From contig CM126220.1 of the NCBI GenBank assembly GCA_052327205.1, forward strand, positions 48,484,001 to 48,548,000: a DNA stretch of 64,000 nucleotides. The letters run 5' to 3'. Within the stretch, counting starts at the first letter, position 1, and each line of letters starts with the position of its first letter. Both the position numbers and the translations under genes were made by a program. The notes under the pieces were generated by a model, which saw only the letters and a program-made list of their open reading frames with translations, was not told the origin of the DNA and searched no databases. Source of the stretch: Somniosus microcephalus (taxonomy: Eukaryota). Shown here piece after piece: positions 48,976-64,000 of the stretch.

Positions 48976-49255
48976 ATTCTTTACAAGGATATTGGCAATC
49001 TAATTATAGTTACACGTCGCCAAATCAGAATGAACTTTGTCCCGACTGTAACTGAGCCAGCAGTTGTGTGTGTACAAAACAATCCCCCACAGAACTAAAA
49101 GTAACAAACATATGGAGCATTTTACTAAACGTGATGGGATATGACTGAAAGTGAAATAGCTAGATTGATGCGAATTCATTCCTATCCCATCCCTAACAAA
49201 ATGTCCTCGGTACCTGCTCGAATGTGTATAATGTTCTGTTTGTGTATGTCTCCTA

Positions 49256-49348
<93 letters not shown>

Positions 49349-52194
49349 CTAAATGAGAAATTAAAACAGCATTAAATCTTCTATATCACATTAAAATAAA
49401 ATATTGCAAAACGCGCCCCCCGCTTAAACATCCCCCTGCTCCCCCTAAGAAATTAACCACAGTGCAAACTAGTCTGCGAATTTCGGAATGCATTTTAAAA
49501 TTGCCTACCTGATCCATTCTCTTTCTGCACATTTTATAAACTTCACTCACTTTACTTTGCAATGTTGTTCGTGTTCGGAAAAAGTGTGTGTTTCACCCAT
49601 ACTTTCCCAATATTTATTTTTAAAAACGCCAGCCTGGAGCAGGATTGCACAGAGCTGCTTCCTTACAGACTTCAGTGCAATACGTAGCAATGCTGTCAGC
49701 AGTCTAACTTCAGTCCGTCACCGAGGTATGCAAGACTCGGGAGGGAATATCAGCCTTATAATTATTTTGTGTGTATGTGAAATGGTTTGGTGTGTGCATT
49801 GATGAGAAAATGGCAGTATAACTTGGGAATCGGGTCTGACTCCTGTGGGCACAGAAAGCACACCTCCAGTTGGGAGTCTCAAAGCTTTGGAGTTCGACAT
49901 TGTTGCAGTCTAATTGTAAGGCCGGTTATAAAACTGTCCAAGCTGTCCAAGTGACTTCCTGGGGACTTTATAAAGAAAAAACAACCATTTACTGTAACGT
50001 CCCTGCGCATGCACTCCAAGCAGGCGTGCTCAAAGCTCCTTTGTCTGAATTGGCTGGAGGATGGGTTGAGTTGGCAGTATAACTCAGGTCTGCCAGCTGA
50101 TGGTAGCAGACTCCACATACCGGTCTGAGTCCAGTATTGTTCGTGTCATTGCAGCCCTGGTCAGCTTCCAAATAATTTACTCATTTCAGATTGAAACTTA
50201 AGGTATATAGAACCTGGCGTTTAACAGTCTTTATAATTAGCATATCTGGGACAAATGATTAAGACCCAAACGACTAAAGACGCTATCCTCGCGAATAATC
50301 ATTATTTAATTTGACAAACTGCTAGGTAAATGTAAAGCCAGTATTTCACGCGACCAAACCACTTGCAGTGTATGTATTGGCCAAATCTGCGACACGTCTT
50401 ATGAAGAAACGTATGTTCAGTTCCGACAAAAACTTTCCTTATATGATGCTTACGCCATGTGCAATTTGTACTGAGGTTTCTGGAAAGTCGAGCGTTTGAA
50501 ACTTCGTTGGGCAGCTGCATCGAACGTTAACTGACATTTCCCGGGCGGATCCCATGAACGGGTTCATTATGTGCAACGTTGGCAATAATCCTCCTCAGTT
50601 TATCTCCAAATCTCAGGATTTTCTGCTTAAATTGAATAGTGTGGACGTGAAATAAGCGCGTCGGTGCATGTACAGAAATGCAGGGTGATACACCGCGGGG
50701 ACTGGCCATATCAGGGTATAAGCATACCCTGGGCAATTGAAGGAAATTGGTGCGGATACTATATTATGCAACGTGAGGCAAAAAGACAACTTCCATTTTA
50801 TAAAATACTTTACATTCCAATCTTTTTGGCTGATAGTGAATAATCAGTTTGGATTTCATGCCTCAAGCAATACTCGCTCTATTTTAGAAAATTGTATATG
50901 AGAAAACGACACGCCATGTATCTAATAACACGTCATTACATAGAATGTTTATAATGGATTGTCTTCCGTGTTATTTTCGCTGAATATATGATAAATATCA
51001 TTTTAAACGCACATTACAAACATGCAGTCTGTCGCTCTGATCATTTTATGTTAATTTTATATTAAATTACAAGTCACTTTTCAAAGTATTAAAGAAACAC
51101 AAATGAAACGGAAACTGACTTTATGCATCTTTACATGCTCATTTTTAATAAGATGGTTAACACATTACAAAGGTAATAAGCACAAAGCTTTCAAATGTAG
51201 TGTGATCATTTGAGAAACAATTCTAGTGTGTGTGTGATGTAATGGTCCTGCTGTGTGCTGAATATTTGGGAGAAAGGTGTCACGCTAAATCGAAGTTTTA
51301 GACGTTAGGTGGCTTCAGGTAGACGGATTTCCTGGGGAAACTGGGCATTCAAATCGTGGGTCCTAAAGAGTTAAAAGACGGCTAAATTATTATACCTCTG
51401 CAGTTAAGTGCCTTCTTTAATGAAGTCTATATTAATTATCCCCCCCACACACAATTATACTATCATTTTTTCAACATGCTGGCGTTTATGTCCCGTTTTC
51501 AGATAATTAGAAATCTGTACGCTTTTAAGAAGCGTTAACCTGCAATGAAACGTATGCACCTATAAAGCAAGTAAAGTCTTCAAACCCCAAAAGACCACTT
51601 CTTGTTACCATTTTATAAAGTTAAATATTTTCAAAAATCTTCACTCAAAATAAAATGTACGGCTCCTTGGAACACTTACAGGAAAAAAATATTGATCGCT
51701 TCAGTCCAAAATACCCAAGTCTGATGTTACACAACTTTGGCGGGACTTGAGGATCACACAATCTTTGGTTCATTAAAAATGATCAATGTTAGTTCCGTTT
51801 CGCGTTTCGTGAACTGCAGGTTAAGGTTCTGCTTTGATTTTTTGGTTGAAAAGTTAAACGGTTTCCGACTCCGATCCTCTCGCCGACCTTTTACCGGAGT
51901 AAATGCTCCAGGTCTTTAACCGTCAGTTGTTTAAACGGGTAGCTGACGGCTATTGAACGGAACTCGAACATAAACAGTCCGGGTCCCTAGGATCGTTAAA
52001 TGCCGTAGACCAGAAGTGATTGTTGATCTATGAAACTGTAATCCTCAACTAATTCTACAACTGGCATTATTTCAACAGAGAGGGAAATTAAACATTAGAC
52101 CAGACTTTCCATATGTGGCCAATTATTAAAATATCCCCTTAAAGCGCTCCCACCCCAAAAAACATAAGAGACGGGAAATAAATATATATACACT

Positions 52195-52395
52195 GAAAAT
52201 TAACCGCAAATGCTGGAAGTCTGAAATAAAAGCAGAAAATATTCAAAATATGCTGCGGGTCCATTGGCGTCTGAAAAGAGAAAAGACAGTTGAAGGTTTT
52301 GGAGCGATTTAATTATTAGTCTGAACCTTTCTGCAGACTCATTATCCCAATGTTAACCTATTTTATTTTTTCAGATGCTGGCGGACTGTGTTAAT
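52195..52395. mobile_element. Degenerate Penelope-like terminal fragments in inverted arrangement
   Basis: GCAAATGCTGGAAGTCTGAAATAAAAGCAGAAAAT and, inverted, GTTAAC...TTTCAGATGCTG. Confidence 0.45.
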
Positions 52396-52714
52396 ATGCT
52401 GTTCCATACACCACCATAGTCGTGATCTTTAAATCTTCCAATAGGCGGGTGATCGTTCGTAAAATTAACAGTTAAAGTACAGTTTTAAAGCTGGACGCAT
52501 CTGTTTACAATATGACCCAGTAACAAGGGAAACCTGTAGGTTGCTTATAACATGCAACCTGCCGGTTTGTAGCCCAAGTCCCCGATGGCCCGGTTATCAG
52601 TGAGGACATCAGCCTGGATGTTGCATCTATTCTGAAACAGTGCGTTGAAACAAGTATTTGAAACTACAGAGGTGTAAGTGAGCGAATGGGTTCTGCACGG
52701 TTCAAACACACTCA

Positions 52715-52879
<165 letters not shown>

Positions 52880-54782
52880 CTACAAAAAAAAATGCAGTTA
52901 TTTTTCCCCCTCCATCAAAACTGTTTCAGATCCACGTTAGCATTTTTTTGGGGCAACTTGATCGTGGGGAATTTGCTTCAAGGGGAAGCGTGTGTTTGGG
53001 TTCTCCTCGACAACACAGAACGAGAAAAGGGACATTAACTGGTGCAGAAGAATGGAAATTGATGTATTTTTAAGATGACTCATCTGGGCCTATATTTCAA
53101 AGCCAAGAAAGGTGTTTAACACACACCTCCTCGTTTTCTCCCTCCCCACCTCCGCATTCTTCCTAATTCGAATTGTAACATATTGCAGTCAACATGAACA
53201 GATTGTCGAGGATCCGTGCGGATTTCCGCAGTGTGGGGGTGAATTTTCTTTTGGCAACACGCTCACCTTCCTAATCTCCCGCCATTAGCAGTGCTAATCC
53301 CTTATGGGGACATGTTTCATTTTATTTTAGAAAAAAAACATTTTAGTTGCAAGTGTCTCGTGATATCAAAGTGGCTCGCTGAAGTCTTCCTTCTCCAATT
53401 ATTCCAAGATCGTAAAGATTGTTGGTGAGGAGGGGGGTAGGGTTGGCAGGGAATCTGGCGACAGAAAGACGCTGCTTGTCCCGCCACCGCATAACCTGCA
53501 AGTCATCTCTATTCGGAGCCTCTCTCATCCCCCAGGCTTAGTTAAATTGCTTTGACAGTCCCGTAAGCCCTAGACATCAGTGGTGAACGATCTAATGATT
53601 TTTAATTTCATTACATCCCGCTTAATTGAGAGGCTACCAGTACTGGTTTCATCTCGCAATTTGTTAAATGAATTTCTCATTGTTGCCTCTCCATTCGTTT
53701 GTTTAGAGAGATTTTTACATTCGCCGCCTTTTCACAGTAGGGAAGGCTGCCCTTCGCGGGGCTTCCATCCATCGCAAGGCAGTTTCCAAGGCTACCGTTA
53801 CCCAACGAAGGGCGTAATGTCTGACAAACACAGCCCCCTATTCTGCTACACAAACCATACGAAACCTTAGCAAAAAACTGTGAAAGACGATGATGATTTC
53901 TACTCGTGAGCTGCTTCTATTTGCTAACCTGTATTCCCATCTCGACATAAACCTCGCAGATAATACAGATCCTGTTGTCAATGCTGGCCACCATACGGTG
54001 TGTTCTTTTAAAGTATGTTTATATTAAATGGAGGAATTGATCGCAATTTACAACAACAACATCACAATGCTATCAGAGCATTTCAATAGGGCCGCAGAAC
54101 TTAAAATACAAAAAAAATGATTGGACCTTTATACTGCAGCGATACTTATATCGTACCTTATACAGGATTCGAAAGCCTGGGTAGGCAAAGGCAGTGAAAT
54201 GAACACGTGTGCCTTCTCCCATAATGCCCTTATTGTTTATGTCATGGCAGACCCCCCCCCCCCCCACCTCCCAGAATGCACTGCATCACAATGCGGCAAT
54301 CTGCAGTTGGGGCCATCAATTCCAGGTGGAGAGAAAGGTTCAATTCTCAGCTCGTGTTTGCAAGCCGTTGCATCCCTGATGCGTCGCTAAAAACACTCAT
54401 TGACCCTGCACCGCAGTTGAAATAGCAACCTTGACAATGTCCACTTCTAAGAAGCAACATGAGAAAACCAACAGCAAATATTCACGTTACACTAAATGTT
54501 CTACCAGTGCCCAACGTGACGACCAGCTCACCTCGCAACTTTCTGATTAACCCTTAGTAGACCGCCGCGGCAGTTAAATCAATCACTGCAAAACGCAGAT
54601 GTTCTGTTTTATTTTACAATATCAGCCAGTTTGACTGTATTTGGTTTTAGGGCCATCCGTTTCGATAACACTTGGCATTAAGCTCTCCAAGACTGCTCGA
54701 TTAAAATGTTGTAAGTTTTTCAGACAATTGGAGTTCTTCGACAGTTAATGGAAAGAAATAGAATTTCACATAAAAGTAACTA

Positions 54783-54971
<189 letters not shown>

Positions 54972-55507
54972 TTACTCGAAGCTAAACTCCAACAGTTTGC
55001 CATCAGTCCAGGCAACGGATTTAGACTTGGCGCACACACGAAGTTACAAAAAAGCATTGCCATTAACAAAACAGGTGCCATTCTCTATGCATATTTTATA
55101 CACGTTGAACCTACACTCTGAATCTATATTGTACAATGGGCGCTAGGAAGCTAGATGTTCCAGAAACTTAGGACTAACTGCTTCAATTAACTGCGAAAAA
55201 GACCCGTGGCGTATTGTAACTATTCTGCTCTCATATCTCTTTGCATGAATTAACGAACTTTTATGCAATATGGTCAGTATTGAAGAGTACAATCAACACG
55301 TGCCGTTAATGAGAGGCCACTCATTTATCAACCCACACCGTGTACAGGAGGGTGGTGCTATACGCTCCATACCACACCAAGTAACGCTTTTAAAAGACTA
55401 ATCATTCACAGCTCAGCAATTAATAAACTCTGTTACCGTGATAACCTGAATCTATTCAGGCCAACCGCCATTGATTGTTCTTGGTTTGTCATTAATTTGA
55501 TGAATCA

Positions 55508-55669
<162 letters not shown>

Positions 55670-57112
55670 CTAAACCCTTCTTGTACATGAATAATAGTGT
55701 ACAAAATGCTGACTCTGGAAAATATTAATATCGAGCACTTGCAAAGATGTACGTGCCAAAGAAAGTCTGTCTCAATGCTTAATATTTGCTGACAAATAAT
55801 GTTATTTTGAATAAACCAGGTTACATTAGGAAGACAAGTGAATAGAAAAGCTATTGTTCAATCTGAAGAAGACATAACACGATCTGTAACTCATGCACAT
55901 AGTAAACACGGATTGTAACAGCCGCGGTAGCGTTAATGTACCAAGTTACACACCCAGACATGGCTTCGATCATGGCCTGATTTGTAACATGCATACAACG
56001 CCTGTTGTTTCGTCTCTTTGCATTTGGAAGTGGCTGTTGTTTTGTAAATGCTAACCGTGTTTACAAAATACTTGAGAAAAATAATCTGAATCTGATTTTA
56101 GTCAGCAGGAAGTCGCACTAGGAGCGAACTAAAGAGCTTTTAAATGGGATAGCTGTATTTGTTGTCTCGCCGAATTATCGAAGAACAGCTTGAATATATG
56201 TAGATCTTTATAAATATTTATCACTCGTTCAGCGTAAGTGGGATGAAAATGAAAGCCCAGGAGGGAACATGTTGTCTGCTTGCAAAAGGGAATCTTGTAA
56301 AGGCAGAGTAATAAAGTAGGCATTACTTTAACTCTTAAAAACTATTAAATACTGTACTACACAAGCCTTCTAAGGTATCTCACATTGCCGTCAGTTAGAA
56401 TGTCCTGCCTTCCTGTCTCAACCTGCAACTTTGTGACTTATTTGGAATATTACTGTGTAAATGTATTTTTAAATAATATAATCAAGAAATAAATGAGGAA
56501 ATGTGTCACATCTAAACGTTAAAATGAATTGAATACAATAAATAATAGCGAGGAGCAGACGATTTCATGTAATTAATATATTTTATTAATGAGAGCCTGT
56601 ATGTTCCTTAAACTACTTTTTGTGTCATTTTGTAAACGCTCGAGCAATTTCTGATGACCCTTTGTACTATAGTTTCCACAAACAGTCTAAAGACAGCCAA
56701 TGTTAGGTCAAAATTTGCGTTTTCGGGGCTATTATTGGAAGCTTTTATTTACATTCCATAAAATGTATTTTTCTTGGCTGTTACATCATGGCTGACAGGC
56801 TGCACTTTGCAGTCACTTTAAATACTTCATATTAAAAATTGATTAATCTGAGCCTGTTTAATGTTGAGCACTGGAGTTATTATCTATCTATTATATTCCC
56901 CTCTTTAGAAACACTTAAGGATTTCCCTTTGGGACCGAGCAGATTTTTTATAGACAAAGAGAGTTCGATCACTGCGAAGTTTAATCAAAGGAATATTTGC
57001 AAGTCCATTTTAGATGATGGTCGTGTTGTGAGGAGGGTCACAATAGGTTGTAATTGGAAACAGTAACGGTTACTATTGCAGCATTGCGGTTAGGTATATT
57101 GATACTCCCTTA

Positions 57113-57322
<210 letters not shown>

Positions 57323-57542
57323 TTACTGATCAGAGATATTCGAACAGTCCAAAAGTGTGGAACAAGTAACGGGATTAACCAATCAGGCCTCTGCGTACAC
57401 CAGCACCAATAAAGGTGTCAGAGATACATTTATAGACATTTACATGGAACACCTAAGTTGTTACTCGTGTTCAGCAATAGCATGCACTTATTATGTTGTA
57501 CTGCACATGGTTTTGTCTGTGTATGGGGTGCCTGAGACCAAC

Positions 57543-57692
57543 CTGTTGAGTATATGTAGCTTGCTGTGGAGAGGGGGGTTTGCTGACGGCTCCGAGCTGG
57601 CTGTCCTGCTTATTTTCAGATGAATGCTCCTTGGGCTCCGACTCGCTGTGTGTTGTTGCTGGCAGCCCGAAGCCTTCCTCGGTCTCCGCCAT
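57543..57692 (-). CDS. tbx5: tbx5 coding exon 1 (150 nt from ATG)
   Basis: MAETEEGFGL...SPQQATYTQQ, a Tbx5-type N-terminus; donor CAG|GTTGGT; likely acceptor after a T-rich tract places the exon start near 57791. Confidence 0.95.
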
Positions 57693-60149
57693 ATTTTGCC
57701 GCACAATTCTTGCAAAGGAGGCACCAAAACCCAAGCACGGTGAGCTAAATGTTATCAACTTGTAACGACCATCACACAGCACAGCTCCCTCCTGACAAAT
57801 TTACAACAAAAAACTTAGAAGACGCCAAAAGAAAAAAAAAGAGGGAGGGAGGGGTGAAACAGCCGCAACAATAACAATTTTCAAACCCGAGGCACTAAAC
57901 TAGGTATTACAGAATGCAGGCCTTTTATATTAAGTTATGGAAAATTGAGGGGCGAAAAAAAGATAATGCCAATCTTAGCTGACTCCAAAAGATAAATGAG
58001 GTATTCACGAAATTCGTCTGGACTTCTGGAAAGAGTAATAAAGATAAGATTCCAGGCTACTTTTGAGCAACCGTTTGATTGGAGTATAAGCACCAATTAC
58101 ATTTCCTCGACTTTATAGACCCGTGTTTGTGCGTTATACCCAACTTCTTCCATTGGTTTCATTGCCTTGTTAAAGTGTCGGTAGCTCTCGACATGAGCCC
58201 GAGGTTGCGCCCGTGTTATTACAATGACTATTGTTTCCTTGGCTCTAGTGAGCACTTTTAATCACTCACGGTACACCCAGAGTTAGGAAACGACTGAGCA
58301 CGTGATCGTGTTAATAATACGTGTAGTTTTCAAAAGTGTGTGGCCTACAGAAAATCAAAATACTGCAGATGATACTATCTTTTCGAAATATGGCAGAGTT
58401 CTAAGATCCGAAATGCAAAACTACTCAGTTTATTGTTTTTCACCCCCCAAAAAACAAATGTTATGATAGCAACCACATCTTCGATGAACTATTTTATCCT
58501 GCTATTTTATCTCTGCTATGGTGTAAAATTTTGAGTCAATCGTTGCATTACTTTGCTAGCTACTTTCATTTGAGATTTACCTATTTCTCACCCCTTCTTG
58601 GTGCCTTATTTTCTATGCTCAAAAAATCCTTCACCAGTACAAGGTATAAAAATAATAACTGGGGTCTCTAGCACAACTGAAACACAAAACACGTACAATG
58701 TAATTCACAGATGTTCTCGCTAGATTGTTTAAAGGCTTGCCCATATACCCTGTAAACAAAAACAATTGAAATACACAATAGCATTTAATACTTCCGCATC
58801 AACTCCAATTAAAGTAGGCCTCTGTTGTTAACACGCAAACCTTCAGTGATGAGGATTATAACCTGAAAGTTTATGGGTCAGAATGAACCTAGATATGCGA
58901 CTATTAATGCGTTCATGGTATTTCTGATAAATTAAAATTATATGTCGTCGGTTCATAGCGCTGTCCAATATTTAAATGATTCATTGTTTACATAATTGTA
59001 TCTGAAACACGTTAAACTTAGAATCTTTTACGCAACTGTAAGTGTTCTTAATATTGCTTAGATGCTAAATTATAAATTCCCTTAATTTTCTATTTGTGTT
59101 TTGTTTTAATTTAGGAGACCATAATGCTCACGGGTTTTCAAACTGTGCACTTAATTGGCCATGCGTTTTAAGTATTGGAACACTGTTATAAATAATTCAC
59201 ACCACTCCTGAAACACAGCGTGTGTATCTGTAATCGACAGCATTCGCTTGCAAACGGTAATCATACTGGGAGTAAGGCATTTTATTTCGGGGTGTTATTA
59301 AATGCATCACATGTTTGAAAAAGAATGCAATGGATATTTAAGAGGAAATCCTCCAGTATTTTAAAAATATATTTAGTTATCCCTTTTTAACTGGTTATTT
59401 ACTCTAAGTACCTTAGCTTTTGGAGCAATGCCGATAACCAACGCTGCTCTGTAAGGGTAGCACTGGACTGCCATACTGCAGTTTTGCTAACTTAAAAAAT
59501 GGATACTTGTTTTGGAAGCTATTGTAAATTGTCCTGTATCTAATGTGAACATGTAACTATTATATGTCTCAGTTCAAACTCCAGTAGAACGAGTTACTGA
59601 ATCCAGGAACTGAATTGTTTGCAAACTTTCTCAGTCGGGTGGAAGGCGAAAGGAAAGTACTTCTGACAATATTAGGGCATTTTTTAAAAAAGTAATAGAA
59701 ATTAGAAATCCTCAACATTGACTAGCGGCCTACTCAAATTAGTCGCTACTTCGTGCTAAATTCCCCCAATTTTACTTGAATTATTAACATTGAAGTTTTG
59801 AGTAAAATCGAAGCGCACTGGACGATCAGGGTGAAACGATATCCTACTGTACAGATAGGCCGCGACACTGTGTGTGAATATATTTTTGTACACGCTGAGC
59901 TTTCTCGATACCGATCAATAGATGACCAGCTCTTCACATTTCGAAAAGACTCGCCCACTGTCATTTTCAACAACGCGAAATGCTGCCTTTTGTTTTATTT
60001 TCCGCGTAGGCCCCGTTATTCGCTGAGGAACACTTAAATAAATAGCGATCTCTGTCTCGCACCGACACATATGCACACAACACGCACGTAAGCAAAAAAA
60101 GCACAACACAAAGCATGAAGGTCAACCCGAAGAAGGAATAGCAATTTAC

Positions 60150-60800
60150 CTTCCGATCTCTCCACAGTGAAAGGGTATTTATACAATCCTTCTCAATCGT
60201 TGTCTTCCCTGGTTAGGCACAGCACACATCCCAGGCTGAACAATCCATAGATCTCCAGGGGTACTGCACTTCTCCAAACACTTCCAGGTTGCCAGACGCG
60301 CAAGGGGGATCCTGAGAAAAAGATAAGGCCTTATCGGACTGTTTGGGGCATCTAGCCGCAAAAAACTCGCCGTTCAGAGTGCAAGTGGGAAAGGAGTTCC
60401 CCCATAGGTAGATTTGGTGGGTGCTGAGTGTGTGTAATATAGGAAATGCGTGCACATCCAGAAAAGCGCGCTCTGACTGGAGTGACGTGGGGAGCCTTTC
60501 GTGCTCTCAAAGTGCTGAGCGCCTGTCCAACCAGCGCTGATCCACACAGAGCGACTCATCCCAGACCCCCCAGCATCCTGGCAGCTCAAGCACAGCACAA
60601 AGACACTATGAAACTCAACAGCACCCCACCATCCATCTTGGTCCTTTTTTTTGAACCAAAAGTTAACTCGCCCCCCCCCCCCCTCACCCACCCCCTTCAC
60701 CCCTCAAAAAAAAACCAAGAACCCTTTCACCACAGACTGGACCTAAAGATCACTCTGAAAAAAACTTCACTGAGCGCCGTGCAATGCAAATCCGATTCCC
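60150..60800 (-). promoter_or_regulatory. tbx5: Putative tbx5 promoter / non-coding first exon region
   Basis: GC-richer unique segment ~2.4 kb upstream of the ATG exon, with a donor-like AAG|GTAAAT at 60150/60149; no transcript evidence. Confidence 0.35.
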
Positions 60801-63800
60801 CTTTTAGGTTGTAGATAACTTCGCAGTTCACCATGACGTTATCCAGATGGGAGAAACAGAAATCAAGAAAGTAACAAGCCTGTCTGAAGAAGCAAGTATT
60901 GCGATACAGTACCGAGTACTTTCGTGTTTTTTTGTATTTGTCAGAGGTGGTTGGGGTGGGGGGTGGAGGGGGGTTGTATGTGTAGTTTATGTTTTGCAAC
61001 TTGAAACGGAGGAAATTAAGCTCGGTGTTACCGTATTGTATACATTATTGCTGGGCCACTCCAGTTTAAATACAAACAACTTTCGCTTTGATTGAAACAA
61101 GCAAACGCCATTTGAGTCTGCAGGATTGTTTTCACCTTGATTTTAGGATGTCGTTGAATAGCTCAGAGTCTGCTGAACGGCGTGCTGTCGCATTCTACAC
61201 TCTGAAAAGAACCAGATTGGGAACTGTATTTTTGATAAGGAAACAGGTCCAAGATTCTTGATAATTCTGTATGTACCATCAAATATATTTTACATTTGAA
61301 TGTCATACACGTTTCTTGGTGGTTTTTGGAATACACGACATATTAATAAAGTTTCTGCTAATGCACGGTGTATCCCTTTGTAAAATGTACGGACAAAGAT
61401 ACCTTTTTTCTAAATCTAAACTTTCATCGGTGGAAAATCCTATATAATAGCTAGCGACGCACAGCGGTTTCAGGACAGTGTCACCGTTGTATGCACACAG
61501 TCAGTAATGTCGTGTAGCCATTACTGTGAAGCTCACAGCAGCTGACTATAGATGAAGATGCAGAATATTCCTGGAAATACCATAATACAGAACTCGTCAC
61601 ATGTAAACAGAAGAACAACTCTGACCCAAATCACCGTAATTTACCCTATGTACAGGCCAGAGAAACCTGGCATAAGTAGACTTACCGGGCAAATAACGAA
61701 TAACGATTTCCATTATCCTTCCTAATATTTTGACAGTACTATTTCAGCTGACTGCGCCTACCCCAAGTATGTACCTGACTGGCTCGTTTAATACTTCGGC
61801 AATAAAAATAACATTTTAGCCGAAGGCAGAAATTCCGTCCACACATCAAATATTTTTGTATTGTTTAGGAGAGGCTACGGTTCAAACATATTTCTGGGAT
61901 ATTTGGTAAAGGATAGATATAAAATCTGATTTCAAATTCTCCAACTGGATATCGTGCTTTTACAAATAAAACGGATAGATCATTACAACATACGGATTTT
62001 AAAGATGTGATAGTAAATCTGAAAATTCTGGAGTATAAAAAGTGGAAAGATTCACGTTAAAATACAATAAACAAAAATACATTTCACCCGTCCCCAAAAT
62101 ACATTACATCAGAAGTATTGTAATTGAGATATGTGACCTACCGACGTGGTGTAATATTCCTGTAATCTGTGAAATAAAGCAACAGCTTTCCTTTATGTTG
62201 TAGTTCAGACTTGTAGATTTTTTTAGAAGGTCTGATTCAGCCCCAAGGATTCCTCGGCCCAGCTGCATCGACAACGCCAAGTAACTTTCGTATTAAACCG
62301 GTTCAGCGTCTTGAACGAATTTAATAACAGTTTATTACTAGTCACACGCCAATAGATAAAGAATGCCGCGGGAATAACGGCGGTAGCATCAGCCATTCAC
62401 CTATAGAACTCGCCAACGTCACCATCACGCAATTCGGCTTTTTGTGTCGGTTGACTGCAGCGACAGCGGAGGGTTAACCTGAATCAAGATCATTCCTGCC
62501 AATGGGAATGACATTTGTATAAAGCGGGTAAAGTTCAATCGTTGAATTTTAGAGCAGGATTTCAAATCCTGTAATGCTAATACTGCAGACTTTTCTTAAG
62601 ATTTGCAATATGTAGAGTTTGGACTCGGTTAAAGTTTTTTTTGTGACACAAATTTATATTTTGAATTTAACGAAGCCCTCGCCTGCTCGATTTGTGTTAT
62701 TAACTCAAATCTTGTCAGATGAACGTACAGACACTTCGGTGACAAGTACTTTGCTATATATAGTAATTGATAACCTGTTGGTTCCCAGTATCAAAAGATA
62801 GAGGCTGGGAACCAATTATTGACAGTGATTTAAAAAAATCTAATCCTCTAACACGACCAACAGAAACTAAAGTTAAATCGTTAGGTCCCTCCAGCGCCGA
62901 ATTGTTAAAAATGCTAAGAATGTTTTCTTGTGACGCCGTGCGCTTGGCACATTTAATAATACACGTGTAATGCCAATTTAAAAAAGTGTTAAGATTACAT
63001 TGAGTGAAAAGGGGTTGGGGTTGCAAAGAGCATCAGTGACCTACAAGTTTTGTATTTAGGATATTGGCAGTCTCGATTGGCAAGTACTTGCGTTGAATGA
63101 AGCCGGCCTGATTTGTAACGCTTATTAGTAGCTATTTATAACGTGTGCTCGTTTATGTGCTCTAAAACTTTTATAGTTACTTCTTGTTGACATAAACCTC
63201 GTGATGGGGATAGCTTTTTGAAAGAACTTGTTTTTGGCATCGTACTGCATCTAGTTAATGGCAATTTAAAAGTCACAGTGGCTTAAAGAGTGTGAGAAAG
63301 GTATATACGCAATGATCATTCCCAATAAATATGACAAATATAAATATATAAATAGGCCTCCAAATAGTGCTGTGGTAGAATAATGTATTTGATCGCTCAT
63401 AATAATTGCATTTGCGAATAATGTGATGTGGCTAAATAATGTGTGCTGCATAATATTGTCCATTTTAACACACACAGGCGTCAGATAAGCGCATTGGTCC
63501 TTTAAATTCTAAAGGTGGGATCTAAATCAAATCTACATTTACAAGACTGTGCAAAATAACGCGTGATTACAGCTATATTTTCACCACATGCAATTAATTT
63601 TTTAGAAACAGGCGGAGTCCTACTTTACTACAGAGGTGTTTTGGCTGCAAACAGCACCATGGGAAGCCGGTCCGGTTATCCGGCACAACAACGGGCAGGC
63701 ACCCAATTCAATCCAATACGTGCGCAAGCTCGTATAAGTCTTACAGACAGAGAAAGCTCGTGTGGAATTGGGGGTGCGTCAGTAATTATTGTTGGATAAT

Positions 63801-64000
63801 TCTGTATGTTCCCCGCGGGTCTTTAACTGAGATTGTCTTCTCCTATAAAATTATTGTTTGATTAAAATACTTTTCTCTGACACAACTTCTGCTGTAGAAA
63901 TAAAACCCTAAGGACAAAATAGGTTGAATTAGAAAAACCTTTCGTCTCATATTATATACCGGCCTGATTACGGATTCCATGAAGTGCAATAAACTCAAGA

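Noticed and set aside
51275-51286. T-box autoregulatory site AGGTGTCACGCT
   Set aside because: A single short motif, expected by chance; no supporting context.
57693-57782. N-terminal extension of Tbx5 from an upstream non-ATG start
   Set aside because: No upstream ATG in frame; homology begins at MAETEEGFGL; treated as 5' UTR.

Overview
Vertebrate genomic DNA, most likely a shark or other cartilaginous fish (inferred from the SINE/LINE repertoire and the protein sequence). The right quarter holds a complete tbx5 gene on the minus strand: 8 coding exons, CDS 57692->45929, about 521-522 aa. It has a GC-AG intron after the third coding exon and a tandem NAG acceptor at the last exon, and lies in a CpG-retaining, repeat-poor domain. 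The left ~44 kb is downstream gene desert packed with decayed transposons: CR1, L2 and CR1/L2-group LINEs, a Vingi-like LINE with an intact TSD, Deu-type and AmnSINE2-like SINEs, Penelope-like termini carrying minimal hammerhead-ribozyme motifs, hAT-like ends, and about 11 non-autonomous TIR elements, several with 3-bp TSDs (PIF/Harbinger-like). Between them are a few unique, motif-dense segments that are candidate tbx5 enhancers. Family names come from recalled consensus features, not from database searches, and TE boundaries are approximate unless a TSD or TIR is given.
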